Positions 23,885 through 37,100 of a stretch of DNA of 64,000 bases are shown one piece after another. A program made the translations under genes and the position numbers. How positions within the stretch are numbered: the first letter of the stretch is position 1; the number at the start of each line of letters is the position of its first letter. The stretch comes from Monocercomonoides exilis PA203 (lineage: Eukaryota; Protista; Preaxostyla). The stretch lies in assembly GCA_001643675.2 (NCBI GenBank), contig LSRY02000001.1, positions 372,001 to 436,000 of the forward strand, in the 5' to 3' direction. Under the pieces are notes generated by a model, which saw nothing but the letters and a program-made list of their open reading frames with translations, searched no databases and had not been told where the DNA came from.

Positions 23885-24329
23885 CTGTCTAAACCGGATA
23901 TTATCACATTGAATATAATCAACATCTGTTATAGTCACATTTTTCCATGCACTGACATTTTTGGCCTATTTTTCATTCATTTTCCATCGCATATAATCAC
24001 GGGGCTGAATAGATATAATCACATTTTTTATTACTATGGGTGATTTTTTCAATGAAAAATCTATTTTTTGATCGAAATTTTCAATTTTTCGATTTTTCAA
24101 AAATGTACTCAAATAAGTTAAAATTATATGTATTTATGATCAAAATTGTTCAAGTGAAAAAAGTGTATTTGTGCAGAATTACCAAAAATAAAAAAAACGA
24201 CTCATAATTAATTATTTATAAAATAAATTGATATTTTTTCAATGAAAAGCTTTATCGTGTATAATCACAATCGGATATAGTCACAAAAAGTTGTGCAAAA
24301 ACCGATGTGATTATATCCGGTTTAGACTG
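23885..24329. mobile_element. 445-bp MITE (copy 2, inverted)
   Basis: Reverse complement of 6804-7248; ends in ccggtttagactg at 24329. Confidence 0.8.
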
Positions 24330-25011
24330 TTCCAGTTTTAACAGAACAAAACGAAGAAATTTCTGAGGATTCGATGGAAGTTAGCGATGGAGCGGAGCAT
24401 TCTGAATATGAACCCAAACAATAAACAGTTGCATTGATAAAGTTATATTTGTTAAGAAATATTTGTTTTCACATCAATATCAAATTGCAAAATTTTTTGA
24501 AAATTTGATTGAAATTTTTAAAAAAATTTTTTGATCAAAAAATTAATAATACAAAAAATATATTTTTTTTTTCGAGTTTCCGCAAATAGTTTAAAGAAAA
24601 AAACATATGTGCTCTACACGTTATCATCATAGCTTCAACATATGTTGATTTTATTCACAGTCGTGTATTGTGCATTAACCCAGAAATAATCAATGATAAA
24701 ATACAGACCCAATTATTAGACATAGCAAAAAAATTTTAGCAAATAAAACTTTTTTTTGATTGAAGACAATCATTTTTCATTTTTTGGAAAGAATGAACAA
24801 AAACAAATTATTGAAAAAGCCAATGGAACAATTAACAGATCAAACATCAACAGATTCATATACGATATTGTTCATTTAATCGATATCTTGCATATTTTTC
24901 TTTATCAGTTACAAAAAAACATTCAAAGATCATGCCCATATAAAAGTTTCCCAATATGAAAATACGAATTTTTGGCTTTCGCATATTATTTGGGAAGCAA
25001 ACGCTCTTATT

Positions 25012-27616
25012 ATGAAGAACATTTTGAATGTCCTGCATTTATGCAGGTATATTTGTGCAATTATATTTTCATTGGAAGCAAAATCGCCAGACAACTCGTT
25101 TCAGCGAGTAAAGCATGCGCCATCAGCAAAAGGTGAGACGGTGGAGGAACTGGAGATCACTCCACACTTTTTGAGCTTGGACGAGATTACACAGGATGAG
25201 AGCTTCATGAAAAGACAGGAAATTTCCTTTGGAAGTGAAAGTGTTGGCCCACTTGATGTTGTACCGGAATATAAAGGTTTGCGATAGAAGTGAATAACTG
25301 TACCATGAATTATCTTGTTTGGAAAAATTAAGGGAGCTTACGAGGAGATGAAAGTCTTGAATTTAGCGGGTCATGCTTTGCTGAGATGAATGGAGAACTG
25401 GAGATGGATGAAGGTGGAATGACGATTATGCTGAATTCATCAAAGGCCCGCAGTGCACTGTGCAAAGAAGTGTTGGTGTTTTTGACCCCAGGAAGATTGT
25501 CGTCATGCGCAGTGATAAAGAAGGGAATGCATAAAATCCGACTCAAAGGCTGGAGGGACAAGAAGGAGAAAGAGCTTGTGAAGCAAGAAGGAGTTCATTG
25601 CTTTGTTATTAATGAGGGGTTTGCAACTGCTTATTACAGTTACGAATAAAGAGATTTTGATGTTTTTAATGATTTGAACGGAACTATTTTGAAATGTTTT
25701 TGCGAATATGAATGGTTGCTCTTGGGGGGTTCAACACGATATCCATCAGGACGGTGCCATTTCTGAAGAGTGCATGGAAAGTGTTCAGTCTTGCATCAGC
25801 TGCAAAAAAAGCGAACCAAACAGCACTGTTGGAGTTCGAGAGGCAGCAGCTGAACATGACTTTTGTTGGGAGGGATGAGAATATTGTTCTGTATGAAGTG
25901 GAGCCGAAGATCAAAAGCGGGGATCTTCTGGCCTGTAACATTTTGAGTGCGACAAATGTGATGGGAACAGTGTTCTACGGTGCACGAGTATCTCATATTG
26001 CAGGTGTGAAGTAGAGGAGATACTGAGCTGGTTATTTTCGTTTTCTCTTTCAAAGAAAAACAATTCGTATTTTCTATCTTTCGTAATTTCATTTCGACTA
26101 TCTCTTTTTATAAATATTGCCTTTTGGAATTTGCTCTGATTCAAACTGTGGATTGATGGACGCTGTGCATCTTTTGTTACTCAGCGTGCCTTAGAGACAA
26201 ATATGGGAAATTGTATGTGGTGGAGCACACAAGCTCTACATTCTTCAATGTGCCGACACCACCTTGGGGCAATGGATTTCGAAAGGTGTGTAAATGCTCT
26301 CTGATGTTTTTCTTTGTGAATAAAGTTGGAGTTAGGAATAAATGTTTTAATTGTAAGGAGTTTTATTTTATTTTATTTTATTTTATTTTTTTTTGCTTTT
26401 GTTGTTGTTGATTTAAAAACTTCGTTTGATGATTTTTCTTTTGCTGAATTTTTGTGATTATCGTATCCTTTTGATTTTCTTATTCAAATCATGCCCTTTT
26501 TATTTTTCTTTGTTGTTAATCATTCATTCATTAATTTTTCAAATTTCTTTTGCACCAGACACCCTTCAAAGAATGGGTGAGCATTTACGCTGCACACAAC
26601 TACTCTGTTGCCTGGCTGCCGCTGGCTCCGGGGCTTTCAAAGAAGTTCAATTCAGAAGCAGCGTGGGAGTGGTTTGAGGAGAACGTGCAGCCATTCGGGA
26701 TGACGCGGCTTTTCACGCTGCCTGTGGACAACGGCGGAGAAAAGAATCTGCCGCATTTTCTGTCTGAGCACTCGCTGACACTTGTTGCAGCACTTGCAGA
26801 GCGAATAAAGCCTGCAGCGATTCAGGAGGTGCTGTGGGAGCCGATCAGCATGCGCTTGTACCAGGTGTACAGGCAGGAGCCCTGCTCGGGGGTTTTGGAG
26901 TGTTTGGGGAGATTGTCGGATCTGAATTTGACACTGATGGAAGCTCTTGCAATTCCTGAAGACGAGAAATGGAAGTACAAAGTTTGTTCATGCTGTTGTT
27001 ATGATATATCTTTCAAAACATATATTTAATAAACACAAATGATTGATTTTTTATATCATTTTACGATTTCTCTGTTTTTTTTTTTTTCCTTTAAATTTTC
27101 ACTGGTTGATAAATATAATTTTCTTCTCTTCTCTTCTCTCTTTTTTTGCTGTTATTTGCGCTGTGGTTGTATTGTTCGCACAATCAGAACGGAGAGTCTT
27201 ATTTCTGCTCCACATTTGTGATGAAGCTTTTGAGAGCAGGCGGTCTGTTTCAATCGATAAAGTTCAATGCAACTGAACTGACTCCGAAAGACATATGCTC
27301 TGTATGTTTTTTTAGTCTTTTTATTTTATTATTTGTGAATATTTTTGGGTTGCTAATCTCTTTCAATTTATGTGTGTATCTTCTATGTGGTTCTTTCGCT
27401 CTCTCTCCTCAGCTGAAGATATTTGACACTCATCCAAAAACACGTCTTCCTGCTGTATGCCACAAGACGCTGAATGTTTCAAGACCCTACTGCCAAATTA
27501 TGGGAGGTTATGTCTTGGAAGTGCAGGACTTCAACACAATTGAGCCGCATAACAACATGTTCAGCTCTTGTTCTGCCAGAGATCCTGATTGGCATGTTTG
27601 GCCTGATGGATGCTGA
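25012..27616 (+). CDS. Multi-exon permuted papain-like (NlpC/P60, YiiX/YebB-type) amidase/peptidase-like protein
   Basis: Coding blocks are separated by AT-rich GT-AG introns. The motif order IKSGDLL...SHIAG...YVVE...YFCSTFVMKLLRAGGLF (His before Cys) is typical of permuted NlpC/P60. Exon boundaries are approximate. Confidence 0.6.
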
Positions 27617-28118
27617 TTGGGGTTTTGTTCCAATGTGTCACAAAACGTTGGCCTCATTATTTTTTTAAGAAAAAAATTCATCATTTGCATTTTGCATGAT
27701 AACTTTTATATTTTTATCTTTTTGTTCTCTGAACATTTTTTAACAAAATTCAATAAGCATTTTCTGATTGCTTCATTCTTTTTGCATAATTTCAGAGAAA
27801 TGGATTTAACGTGTTGCTTTTTTGTTGTGAATGGACTAAGTTCAATAGTGTAATTCTAGTAGAAAAGTCATATTTTATTGCACTTTTCGAATTTTCTCTT
27901 TTTTGATTGAGCGGTTTTTTTATCTCTGTGATTTTTAATCAGGACATATTTTTATGTTGGTTAACGACAATATTTTGAATTGCAAGTTTTTGCAATAAAA
28001 AAGTATAACTTTTATTATTTTTTTGAATTTTTTTTTAACTTAAGCATTAATAATGATGAAAAACAAAAAAAAATGAATTGAAAAGAACAATAAAAAAACA
28101 TTCCAGCCTTAAAGTTAT

Positions 28119-31100
28119 TCAACGAATTCGAAGGATTCTAATTAAATAATTCCATTCTCTTTCAAAAGTTTGCCTTGTTTTGATGTCTTTTGATAATTTT
28201 AAACTAATGTCAGATGCTATCTCTTTTTCACTTGCCCCAAACATATTTCCAGGAAGGGCTTCTCTAATTCTTGAAAAAATGTTTTTCTTTCGCTTTGCTT
28301 TTTCCTCTTTAATCTTTGTCTCCTCAATCTCCTTTTCCGTTGCCAGACGCTTTTGAACGATTTGAGAAATAGTTACAACTGTTTGAAAAAGATCTGTTTG
28401 CCTAAAGAAGTTTATGCGTTGTAATTTCGCATTAAACATCTTTGCAGCAAAATGTGCAACCAATGCATTTTGTTCGCTTGTCGAATGAAATCGCTTTAGC
28501 AGTTCGCACAGAAGCTGGCAAAAGAGATATCCAGGCTGATGTTTGATATTCACGCTCGAAAATTTAGCACTTGAATCTGAAATTCTTGACAAAGGAATTG
28601 TGTAACGAGTTTTTTGCATTGAGAATGCTGAATCAAGTCGTGATGCTTTATCGAGAGGCGATGAATTCATATCACTCAGTGAATCTGAAGTGTGCCTGCG
28701 TTGCCTGTCAAAAGGAAAAGGCGTATTTATTGAATCAACAGGTTGTAAGCTTCTATATGGAAATAGAGAATCTCTCCTTGCTCCTTCTCGAATCTCTGTC
28801 TCATGTTCCGAATCATCCAATTGAGAAGACGATTCCAAATTGTCCAATTCCCACAACGTGCTCTTCTTTGAATAGCTTTCTTTTCTTGAATTGCTAATAT
28901 TCCACAAGCTTTCTGCTGAACCTTCATGGGAAGAGATGTTGTTCAAAATTGACAGTGAATAAAAAATTGGTTGCTTCATTGGCTCGCTTCGATTCTCTCC
29001 AATTAGAAACCGGAAAAGTGCATGAGCTCCTCCATTTTCGACTATTGATTTGCAGCATTGTGACGATTGTCCAGAGAAAAAGTCTATAAAAGATATTTGA
29101 AGAAAATCAGAAATCACGTTTTTCATACAGGATTTTCAAGAAAAATGAAAAAATTAATTAACAAATTAATAATAATCATACCAAGTTGCTGAACAGATTC
29201 TAAGATAGAATCCAATCTGTTTGTCGATATTAGTTGGTTCAAAGGTTTCATCCAAAGAGGATCTTCAGCTAACTCTGTCTCTGCAATTACACTTTCGTTT
29301 GGAACAGAATCAGACAATTGCTTTCGCAAAGGAAGCACCGAAGATGAAACAGGGATGGAAGCTTCTTGCTTTGTTGAAGAATTCGAAAGAGAAACAGTTG
29401 ATTGACGTGGTGTTTGAAACGTAGACCGCTGCACATGAGCACTTCTTGAATGAGTTGTGCTAACAGGAGCAGATACAAACGACACTTGTGAAATGGATTG
29501 AGGCGAAGATAAGGGCTGCTTAAGTGGTGTTGGCGTTTTCACTCTTGAATCTGCAAACAACGATGAGCTCGATGATGCAGCTGACAGTCTTCTGCTTTCC
29601 AACGTTATTGTTTTTCTTACAGCTTTCATTTGCGTTCTTGTTTCAACAAATTCTGTCTTTTCTGTTAAACTTCTCCTTTCAGTGTTTGTTGAAATTTGAG
29701 GTGTTAAAGAACGAGAAGCAATCTGATCTTTTTCCTTCTCTTTATTCAGATACACTGTCATTGGAGTGATAGCTTTATGAAGCTGATCTTCTTTCATCGT
29801 CAACGGCGTCTTGGATGAGGCAAATGGGGATGGAGACGAAGGATTTCTTGTTTCCAGTGTTAAAGCTCGAATTCTCGGTGTTTGCCTCAAGCTTGAATCC
29901 TTTCTCGCATCTCTTTCTCGAATAATCCCATCAGCATTCATCAGCTTCATAATTTGCTCCAATTGCTTCTGCTGCTCTTCTTTCCTTTTTATCATCGCTC
30001 TTCTTTGCTCAACGAGATGCTGTCTTCTCTTGGCCTTCTCAGCTTTATGAAGAGCTTTTTGCTTCTCCTTTTCCTCTTTCACTTTCCTTTTCCAGTTCTT
30101 TCTGTGCATGAAATTCCTGAAGCATCGCTGAATAATAACTGCGCTTTTTTTCATTCGCAAATATCGCTGCCTGTGAAAATGTTTCCTCCACATTGTTTGA
30201 ATCAGAATAGCTGAATGATCCCTCTTTCTTTTTTCCTCTCCGAAGTCACTTTTTAATTTATTTGTTTCTATTTCTTCAATATCCATTTCATTGTTTGGCT
30301 TTACAGTGGTTCTTTTTGAAGAAATGAAAGATGATGTAATTTCTGTCATTCTGGAAGGATTTTGTTTGGAGCCAAGAGCAAACGGTTCATTTGAAGGGGG
30401 ATATGAAGGCAAAGATGTTGCTCCATTCTGCTGTGATAAATAACTTGCAGAAGGATGCTCCTGAAATTCGTTAAATCCTCTTCCAGGAGTCACCAAATTT
30501 TGTTCAGTTTCCGTTTCCATAGCAATTGAATTTGGATTTGCCATTGCTGTTGTTGCGATATGTGCTTGCATTGAATGTGATGTGCTGATGAATGTTGAAG
30601 GAGATCGAGTTACAATTGGTGAAGTGGCTGTAGAAACAAACGAAGACGTAGCATTAAATTTTGGCTGCGAGGAGATGTCATTCAATTGTCCACTGTGATT
30701 TGCATAAGATGAAGGAGATTGCACGTGATTAACGGGTGATGCTTGTTGATTCAAGACAAAAGGCATCTGGTTTTGTGCTGTTGATGAAATGTTTTGAGGT
30801 GAAAGTTGGTGTAATTGAGAAAATTGTGCGGGAGATTGAGAATTAAGTGGTTGTGAAATGCCAATAGGAGTAGAGATGGCTGGGGCCTGTGCTTGAGTCG
30901 AAAAAGGCTGAGACGCAGCCTCGGGATTGAAATGAAGAGGTGAAGTGTAATGAACTGAAGAATCTTTGAGTGATGCTGCGTTCAGCACAAATGGAGAGTA
31001 TTGCGAAGATGCAAGCGGCTGTTGCTGAAGCTGAATAAGTTGGCGAACAACTGGAGAACCGTTTTCAAGCTGGCTTGGCTGTAGAATGAAAACTGGCTGT

Positions 31101-34100
31101 TGATTGAGGATGTCAGAAGACTTAAGCATTGGAGGAGACAAGTTTTGTGGTATAGGTGAAGATTCAAGACGAGTGCTTGGGGACAATTGAAGAGGAGTCT
31201 GGCTCAGACTGATAGTCTGCTCAAGCTGTACTATTTTCTCTCTCAATTTTCTGTTTTCCTCTTCTGTGACTCTGCTTTCTATGGGGATTTGATTTGAAGT
31301 TTCATCTGTTTCTGTTGCGTCGATATTACTATTCTTTTTTGTTTCAATTCCGCTTTCGGTTTTCTCTTTTATTTTTTTATTCGGTCCAATATTTTTATTT
31401 TGATCTTTGTTTTTCGTGTTCAGCTTATCGATTCTAATTAATGGTGGCTCTTTTTGTTTCCTTCTCGCATTTCTTTCGAACGACGCCTCGGTTGAATACG
31501 AAACAACTTCATATTCGCTGCCATCTCTCTTCATCTGCTCTTTCTCGTGTGGCTGCTTTCCAGAACAATCACTTGCCCGCTCATTGGCCGAATGTCCGCC
31601 TGGCCATTCCGATGAGCTGCTGGGCGAAAGGAGGGCTTTCCCACATGCTTCGCTTCCACCCCCGCCAAGCCCTGCCCGATTCTCAACAATGATCGACTGC
31701 TCCTCCCCAATCCCATTCTGCATCCTCTCCTCACCCGCCGACACCCAACGCCCAAAACCCCGATTCGCCTGAACTGGCGTCGACAGCTGCACATCACCCC
31801 CAAAAAGCCCACTCGCATTTCCCTGTCTCATTTCAGTTCTGCCCCTCTCCTCTTCAAACACCCTTCCACCTGAACCGCCTGCTCCCCCAATGTCTGCTGC
31901 CTTGCCCTCCATTCCTGCTCTCACACCTTCTCCAACAACACTCATCCCCTCAAGCACCGCTGGGCCAGACGGCCACAGCTGCTGCGGCTGAGCATGTGCG
32001 AGAGGCGTTGACAGCGCAGAGCATGCCATCCCTCCACCCACCAAAGGGCTTTTTTGAACATTCCCTTCCATCGCTGCCATTTCTGTCATCGCTGCACTGC
32101 CAACTGATCTGCGCTTCATGCTGCCTGTCATCGTCGACACTGACACACTTTTCGGCGTCTCCTCTGATCCACCCCAAACACACCCTGCTGCCTGCTGCTG
32201 CTGATGCTGCTGCGGACGAGTGGCTGAACCCAGCGGAGTCGAAAACGCGCTGCCTGACCCCTTCCCCATGTCTGTCACCTCCTCGTCAAAGATCTCATAC
32301 TCCTCCTCTGTTCGATCTGTCTGCACAATCGCATCTGCCACCAGCACTCCACCACCACCACCTCCTCCTCCTCTACCTCTCGCTCCCCAGACCTCTCCTC
32401 CTCCTCCTCCAATCCTCCAATAGCTCTGCTTCAACAGCTTCTTTTCCTCTTCTGCTTCAATCATCCCCAGCGCCTCTTCTTCCTCTTTCTTCTTCTCCAG
32501 CTCTTCCTCAAGCATGTGCAGCCGCGCCTCCTTCTCCTTCCGCACCCGAGCCTTCCGCTGCACCTCTTCTTCCCTCTTCCCCTCCAGAGCCATCCGGCAC
32601 TTCCTCCCCAGCGCCATCCTCCTCAGCCCCCTCCCAATCTCCTCCCCAGCCTTTCTCTCCCTCTCTTCTGCTTCCCCTTTCAGCCTCCAAAACATCTCCT
32701 CACACAACACACGCCTCACCTGCTCCCGCCGCTTCCTCGTCACCACCTCCCCTGCCTCGATCTTCCTTCGCTCCTCTGCCAGCCCTCGCACCATCGCTTC
32801 TCTCAAACACTCCCCATACACCACACGCCTCCTCCACCACCCGCTTATCCTGCCTGCTGCCCTCTGCCTCCTCTCTTCCTCCGCCATCCACCTCACCACA
32901 AGCTCCTCTCTCGCCTCGCTGCATCGCATCCCCTTTCTCCACCCTTCCCCAATCACCCATCCTGCCCTTCCTTCTCTCACAAAATTTTCTCTCCGCTTCT
33001 CCTCCAAAATCTCTTTGCCCCTGCCCACGCACACATGCCTCCAATACCCCCTGCCGATCACCCTCCCTGCCACACCCCTCCTTTCTGCCTCCCTCTCCCT
33101 CTCTCCACTCAGCACACCACCTGCATATCTTCGCCTCCACATCTTCACACACCCTCTCGCAATCACCCCCGCTCCCGCCCTTCTTCGCTCCCCCTCTCTC
33201 TCCTCTGCCTCCTTCATCCTCTCTGACCCAGCCTTCCTCTTCCACCTCCCCATCCACCCCACCCCAATCACCAGCGCTGCTCCTTCCCGCTCTTTTGCCA
33301 TCTCCGCCTCCCGCACTTCCTCTTCTCTCCTTCGCCTTCCAAGCTCTTCTCTGCTTCGCTCCCTCACAATCCGTCTCCGCTCCATCCTGCTGATCACACC
33401 CGCCCCTTCCCTTCGCTCTTCCTCTTCCTCTTCCCTCTCTCTCCGCTCAATGTCTTTTCGGATGTCCCGGATCCGCTCCCGCTTCTGCCGGATCCGCTCC
33501 TCCACCTCTTTCTGCTCCTCCCACACCCGTTGAATCTTCCCATCAAACTCATCCTCCTCAGCCTCTCCTCCTTCCAAATCCCTCCTCTCCTTCCCTCCTT
33601 TCTTCCTCACCACCCCTCGAACTTGCACCCCTTTCTCTGCTTTCTGCTCTTCCTCTCTCCTTTCCCTTTCATTCACCACCTTCACCTCCATTTCTCTTTC
33701 TCTTTCTCTTTTCCCTTCTCTTTCCCTTTCCTCAACAGCATCTGCTTTCCCTTCTCCATTCCCTTCCTTTCCTTCTTTCTCACCCCTTGTGCTTATTTTC
33801 CGAGGCTTCACTTTCTCTCTCACAGCTCCTCTCATCCTTTCTCTCGATTCTGTCACAAACACTTCAACTTCCTCCTTCTCTTCTCTCTCTCTTTCTCCTT
33901 TCCCTTCTCCTCCCTCCGCTTTCCTTTCCACTCCCACTTCTTCTCTCACATTTTTCTCCCTTTCCCTCCATTCACTCGATTTGTCAGCATCACCCAACCC
34001 TTCACTCCGTCCAACCAACAAATCATCATCTTCTTCTCCTTCTCCTCCTTCTCCTTCTTCTCCTTCCTCCTCACTCTCATTCGATTCCATGAACTCTTCC

Positions 34101-37100
34101 CATATCTGCGTCGCTCGCCTCTTCTTCATCTTCTTCTCCATCATTTCTCTCTCTTTCCTCACCGTCGACTCGCTCGGCGCAAGCACATCCAACAGCACTT
34201 CCGACATCCCCTCCAAATATGGCCCCAGCACTCCTGTTCCATTCAATGATGATGATGAAGCTGTTGTTGATGATGCTGTTGATGCTGTTGAAGGAGCTGC
34301 GGTGAGTGATGAGAGCGATGGGTGGTGCGATATCTTGCGCGCCTCAAATATCTCCTCCTCTGCGCTGATCGTGGGCCTCTTCGACTGCAGCGCAGAAAAC
34401 GGCGAATGAAACATGTGAGACTGCGACAAGGGTGTCGATGTGGGTGTTGAGGTGGATGAAGTGGATGAAGTGGATCGGGTGACTGGTACAGGCGAGTTGT
34501 GTGATGTGCTCAAAGCAGACAGTTCGCCCGATGCATTGCGAGGTGAGCATCCATTTTGAGATGCTCCCCTCTCATTTGCATGCTGCGAAGGGGATGAGCC
34601 AGACACACCCTGTTTCGCCTGTGACTCCAAAGATGATGATGATGAGGAAAAGGAGGAGGATGACTTTTCATTGGCCAAATGTTCTGCTTCACTCGCTGCC
34701 CCGTTGTCTTCTCCTTCCTTCCCCATCGGAGGCACTCCCATGCTGAAGCTTGTCCGCTTCGACGGCCTCATCACCACCTCAGTCAGCCCATACTCTCCTT
34801 CTGCCCCTCTGCCTCCTCGTCCTCCTCTTCCATCCTCCAAAACATCAACAAGCACACCAACACCCCTTTTCTCAAACGCTCTTCTGTTCTCTTCCTCATT
34901 CCCTGCATCTCCTCCCTCTCCTTCTGATTCTCCCTCTTCCCTCTCCCCTTCTCTCCCCACCACTTCCACAACTTCCACAACTTCCTCCACCTCAAACTGC
35001 CTCCCATCCTCTTCGCCCATCTCTGCCTCCACCCATTCTTCATATGTGTGCTCTCTCCCCTCCTTTCCAACCCCCGATGCTCCCTCCCTCCCCTCCTCCT
35101 CTCCTTCCTCTTCCTCCTCCTCCTTCCGCCTCATCACACACATCATGCACTTGCACTCCTTCCCCACAAGCGCCTTCACACAGATCGAGTCGTTCTTTTC
35201 CTCCTCCTCCAAACGCCCAAGCTCCTCTCTGTCTTCTGCCAAATCCCCCACCAAACCCCCCACTCTGCCTTTCTCTCCCTCTCCCTCTCCATCTCCCTTC
35301 AGCACCCCTGTTCCAACCCCACCCATCTGCCTCCACCGGTTCTCAATCGCCTCTCGCTGCTCCTTTCTCCGACGCCGCCGCTCTTCTCGCTCTTCCTTCA
35401 GCTCCCTCAGAATCCGCCGCACCCGCCAGCCCCTCGCCACACTCTGAATCGCAACTGCACTTCCCTCCCTCCAAACCTCCTCTTTCTTCAGCGACGACAG
35501 ATGCACAAACAGCCCAGCAACCGTCCCTGCCACAAGCCCTGCCGGAAGCTCTGCTGCTGTGCTTGTGCACACCTCCGACACTAACCCATGCAAATGCAAC
35601 AGACAAAATAGAAAAACCAAGTATTACAGTTCATATTAAAATTAAAATAAAATAAAACAAAATAAAATAAAAAAAAGATTATGATTATGATTATGTTGAA
35701 TTGCAATATGAAAACCATCCACAAACCGATCTCCGGATACCCGCCAATCCGAACAGACGCCCTCCAAAACAGCCGGAAAAACGGCGTGCGAAACCGGCGT
35801 GCATATCTGTATTGTGTGCCGCACACCCCCATTTGCTGCGCTCGCTTCGAACCCCCACGCACCACTGCTCCGCAACCCGATGCTCGAACTGCCTCGGCGC
35901 TTCCTTTTCTGCGTTCGCTGGCTGCAACCCACTGCCGATACGTCGGGATGTAGTGCGGCGCATACGCATGCACCATCTCGCAGAACAGCCTGCCGCTTGA
36001 TATCACATCTTCTTCCCCTTCCTCTCCTCCCTCTTCCTCTCCTCCTTCACCCAGCACACCATCTCTCTTTTGCGCCCACTCCGCCCAAACGAGCTGATCC
36101 GCCCCAGCCGCCCCGAGCACACGCAGTTGCACCACTCCACCAGCGCCTCCTCCAAACTCTTCCTCCTTTCCCTCTCCTCCTCCCTCCTCTCTTTCCCCAC
36201 CCAACCGTTCTTGTCCGTCAGGGCACCACAGCCCCCTCCTCCCTTCCCACATTCAACACCACACCTTCCCCTTTTCTTCCACCTCTCCCACTCACTTATT
36301 TCCCGCTCCACCATGTCCGCCGTCACCGCCCACCAAATGCCTCCAACCCCTGACTCCCGGCAAACCCCCCTTTTCTCCTCTCCCCTGCTTCCCAATCTGC
36401 CTCTAAGCCTTTCCAGCCGCATCGAAAAATAACTCAATATTCGCCACCCAAGCGCCGTGTTCATCTGTCTGCTCCCGTCAGCACAGCGCACTTTGTCAAC
36501 CCACGACAGATCAAGTGCCTCTTCTTCCTCTTCCTCAGACTCTTCCTCTCCTTCTTCCTCTCCTTCATCCACCAACTCTTCCTTTTCATCATTTTCTTCA
36601 TCATTCTCTTCCTCCCCTCTTCCCGCTCCCCTCTTGCCGCTTCTTCTTTCACCCCGTGCTCGCACACCCACTTCTGATAAAGTTGCCTTTCCTTTTCTTC
36701 CAGCACCAAAATGGCTCATCAGGTATTTCAGAAGAAAGCATATGTTTCGCTGCTTCTCCTTTCCACTCACTGCATTTCGCTTCATCCCGTCGCAGCAGTG
36801 AAAGCAAATGCATCTGCTTATGATTTCATTCACCGGAAGATCGATGTCCGCCCACTCATCACGCACTTCCCAGCCAGGCGCACGGCCCTGACACTCTGCG
36901 CCGTTATCAAATGACCATCCCTCAGATGCTTGAAGAGAAGAATTCTTTGGAGGCAGGGCACCCGCTGAAGACGAAGTCGTTTGCTTCACAGACTTTGTTG
37001 GAAAAAAAAGAGAAGAAGATGATGATGATGAAGATGAAGATGATGATGATGATGAAGACGAGGAGTTTTGTGAAGAAGAAGAAGATCTCATCAGCTGTTC

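Larger units (their letters stand above)
6804..24329. repeat. Giant inverted duplication (palindrome): arms about 6804-15485 and 15700-24329, spacer about 215 bp
   Basis: Mirror-image identical ORFs (e.g. 9971-10687 minus vs 20453-21169 plus). Sequence identity stops exactly at the outer MITE TIRs. Confidence 0.95.

Noticed and set aside
6804-24329. A single giant TIR element such as a Polinton/Maverick or composite transposon
   Set aside because: No TSD, no polB, integrase or capsid genes, and almost no unique interior sequence.
31996-36823. Long Pro/Ser/Leu-rich plus-strand ORFs
   Set aside because: These are shadow ORFs antisense to the purine-rich ASPM coding strand, where pyrimidine-rich sequence lacks stop codons.
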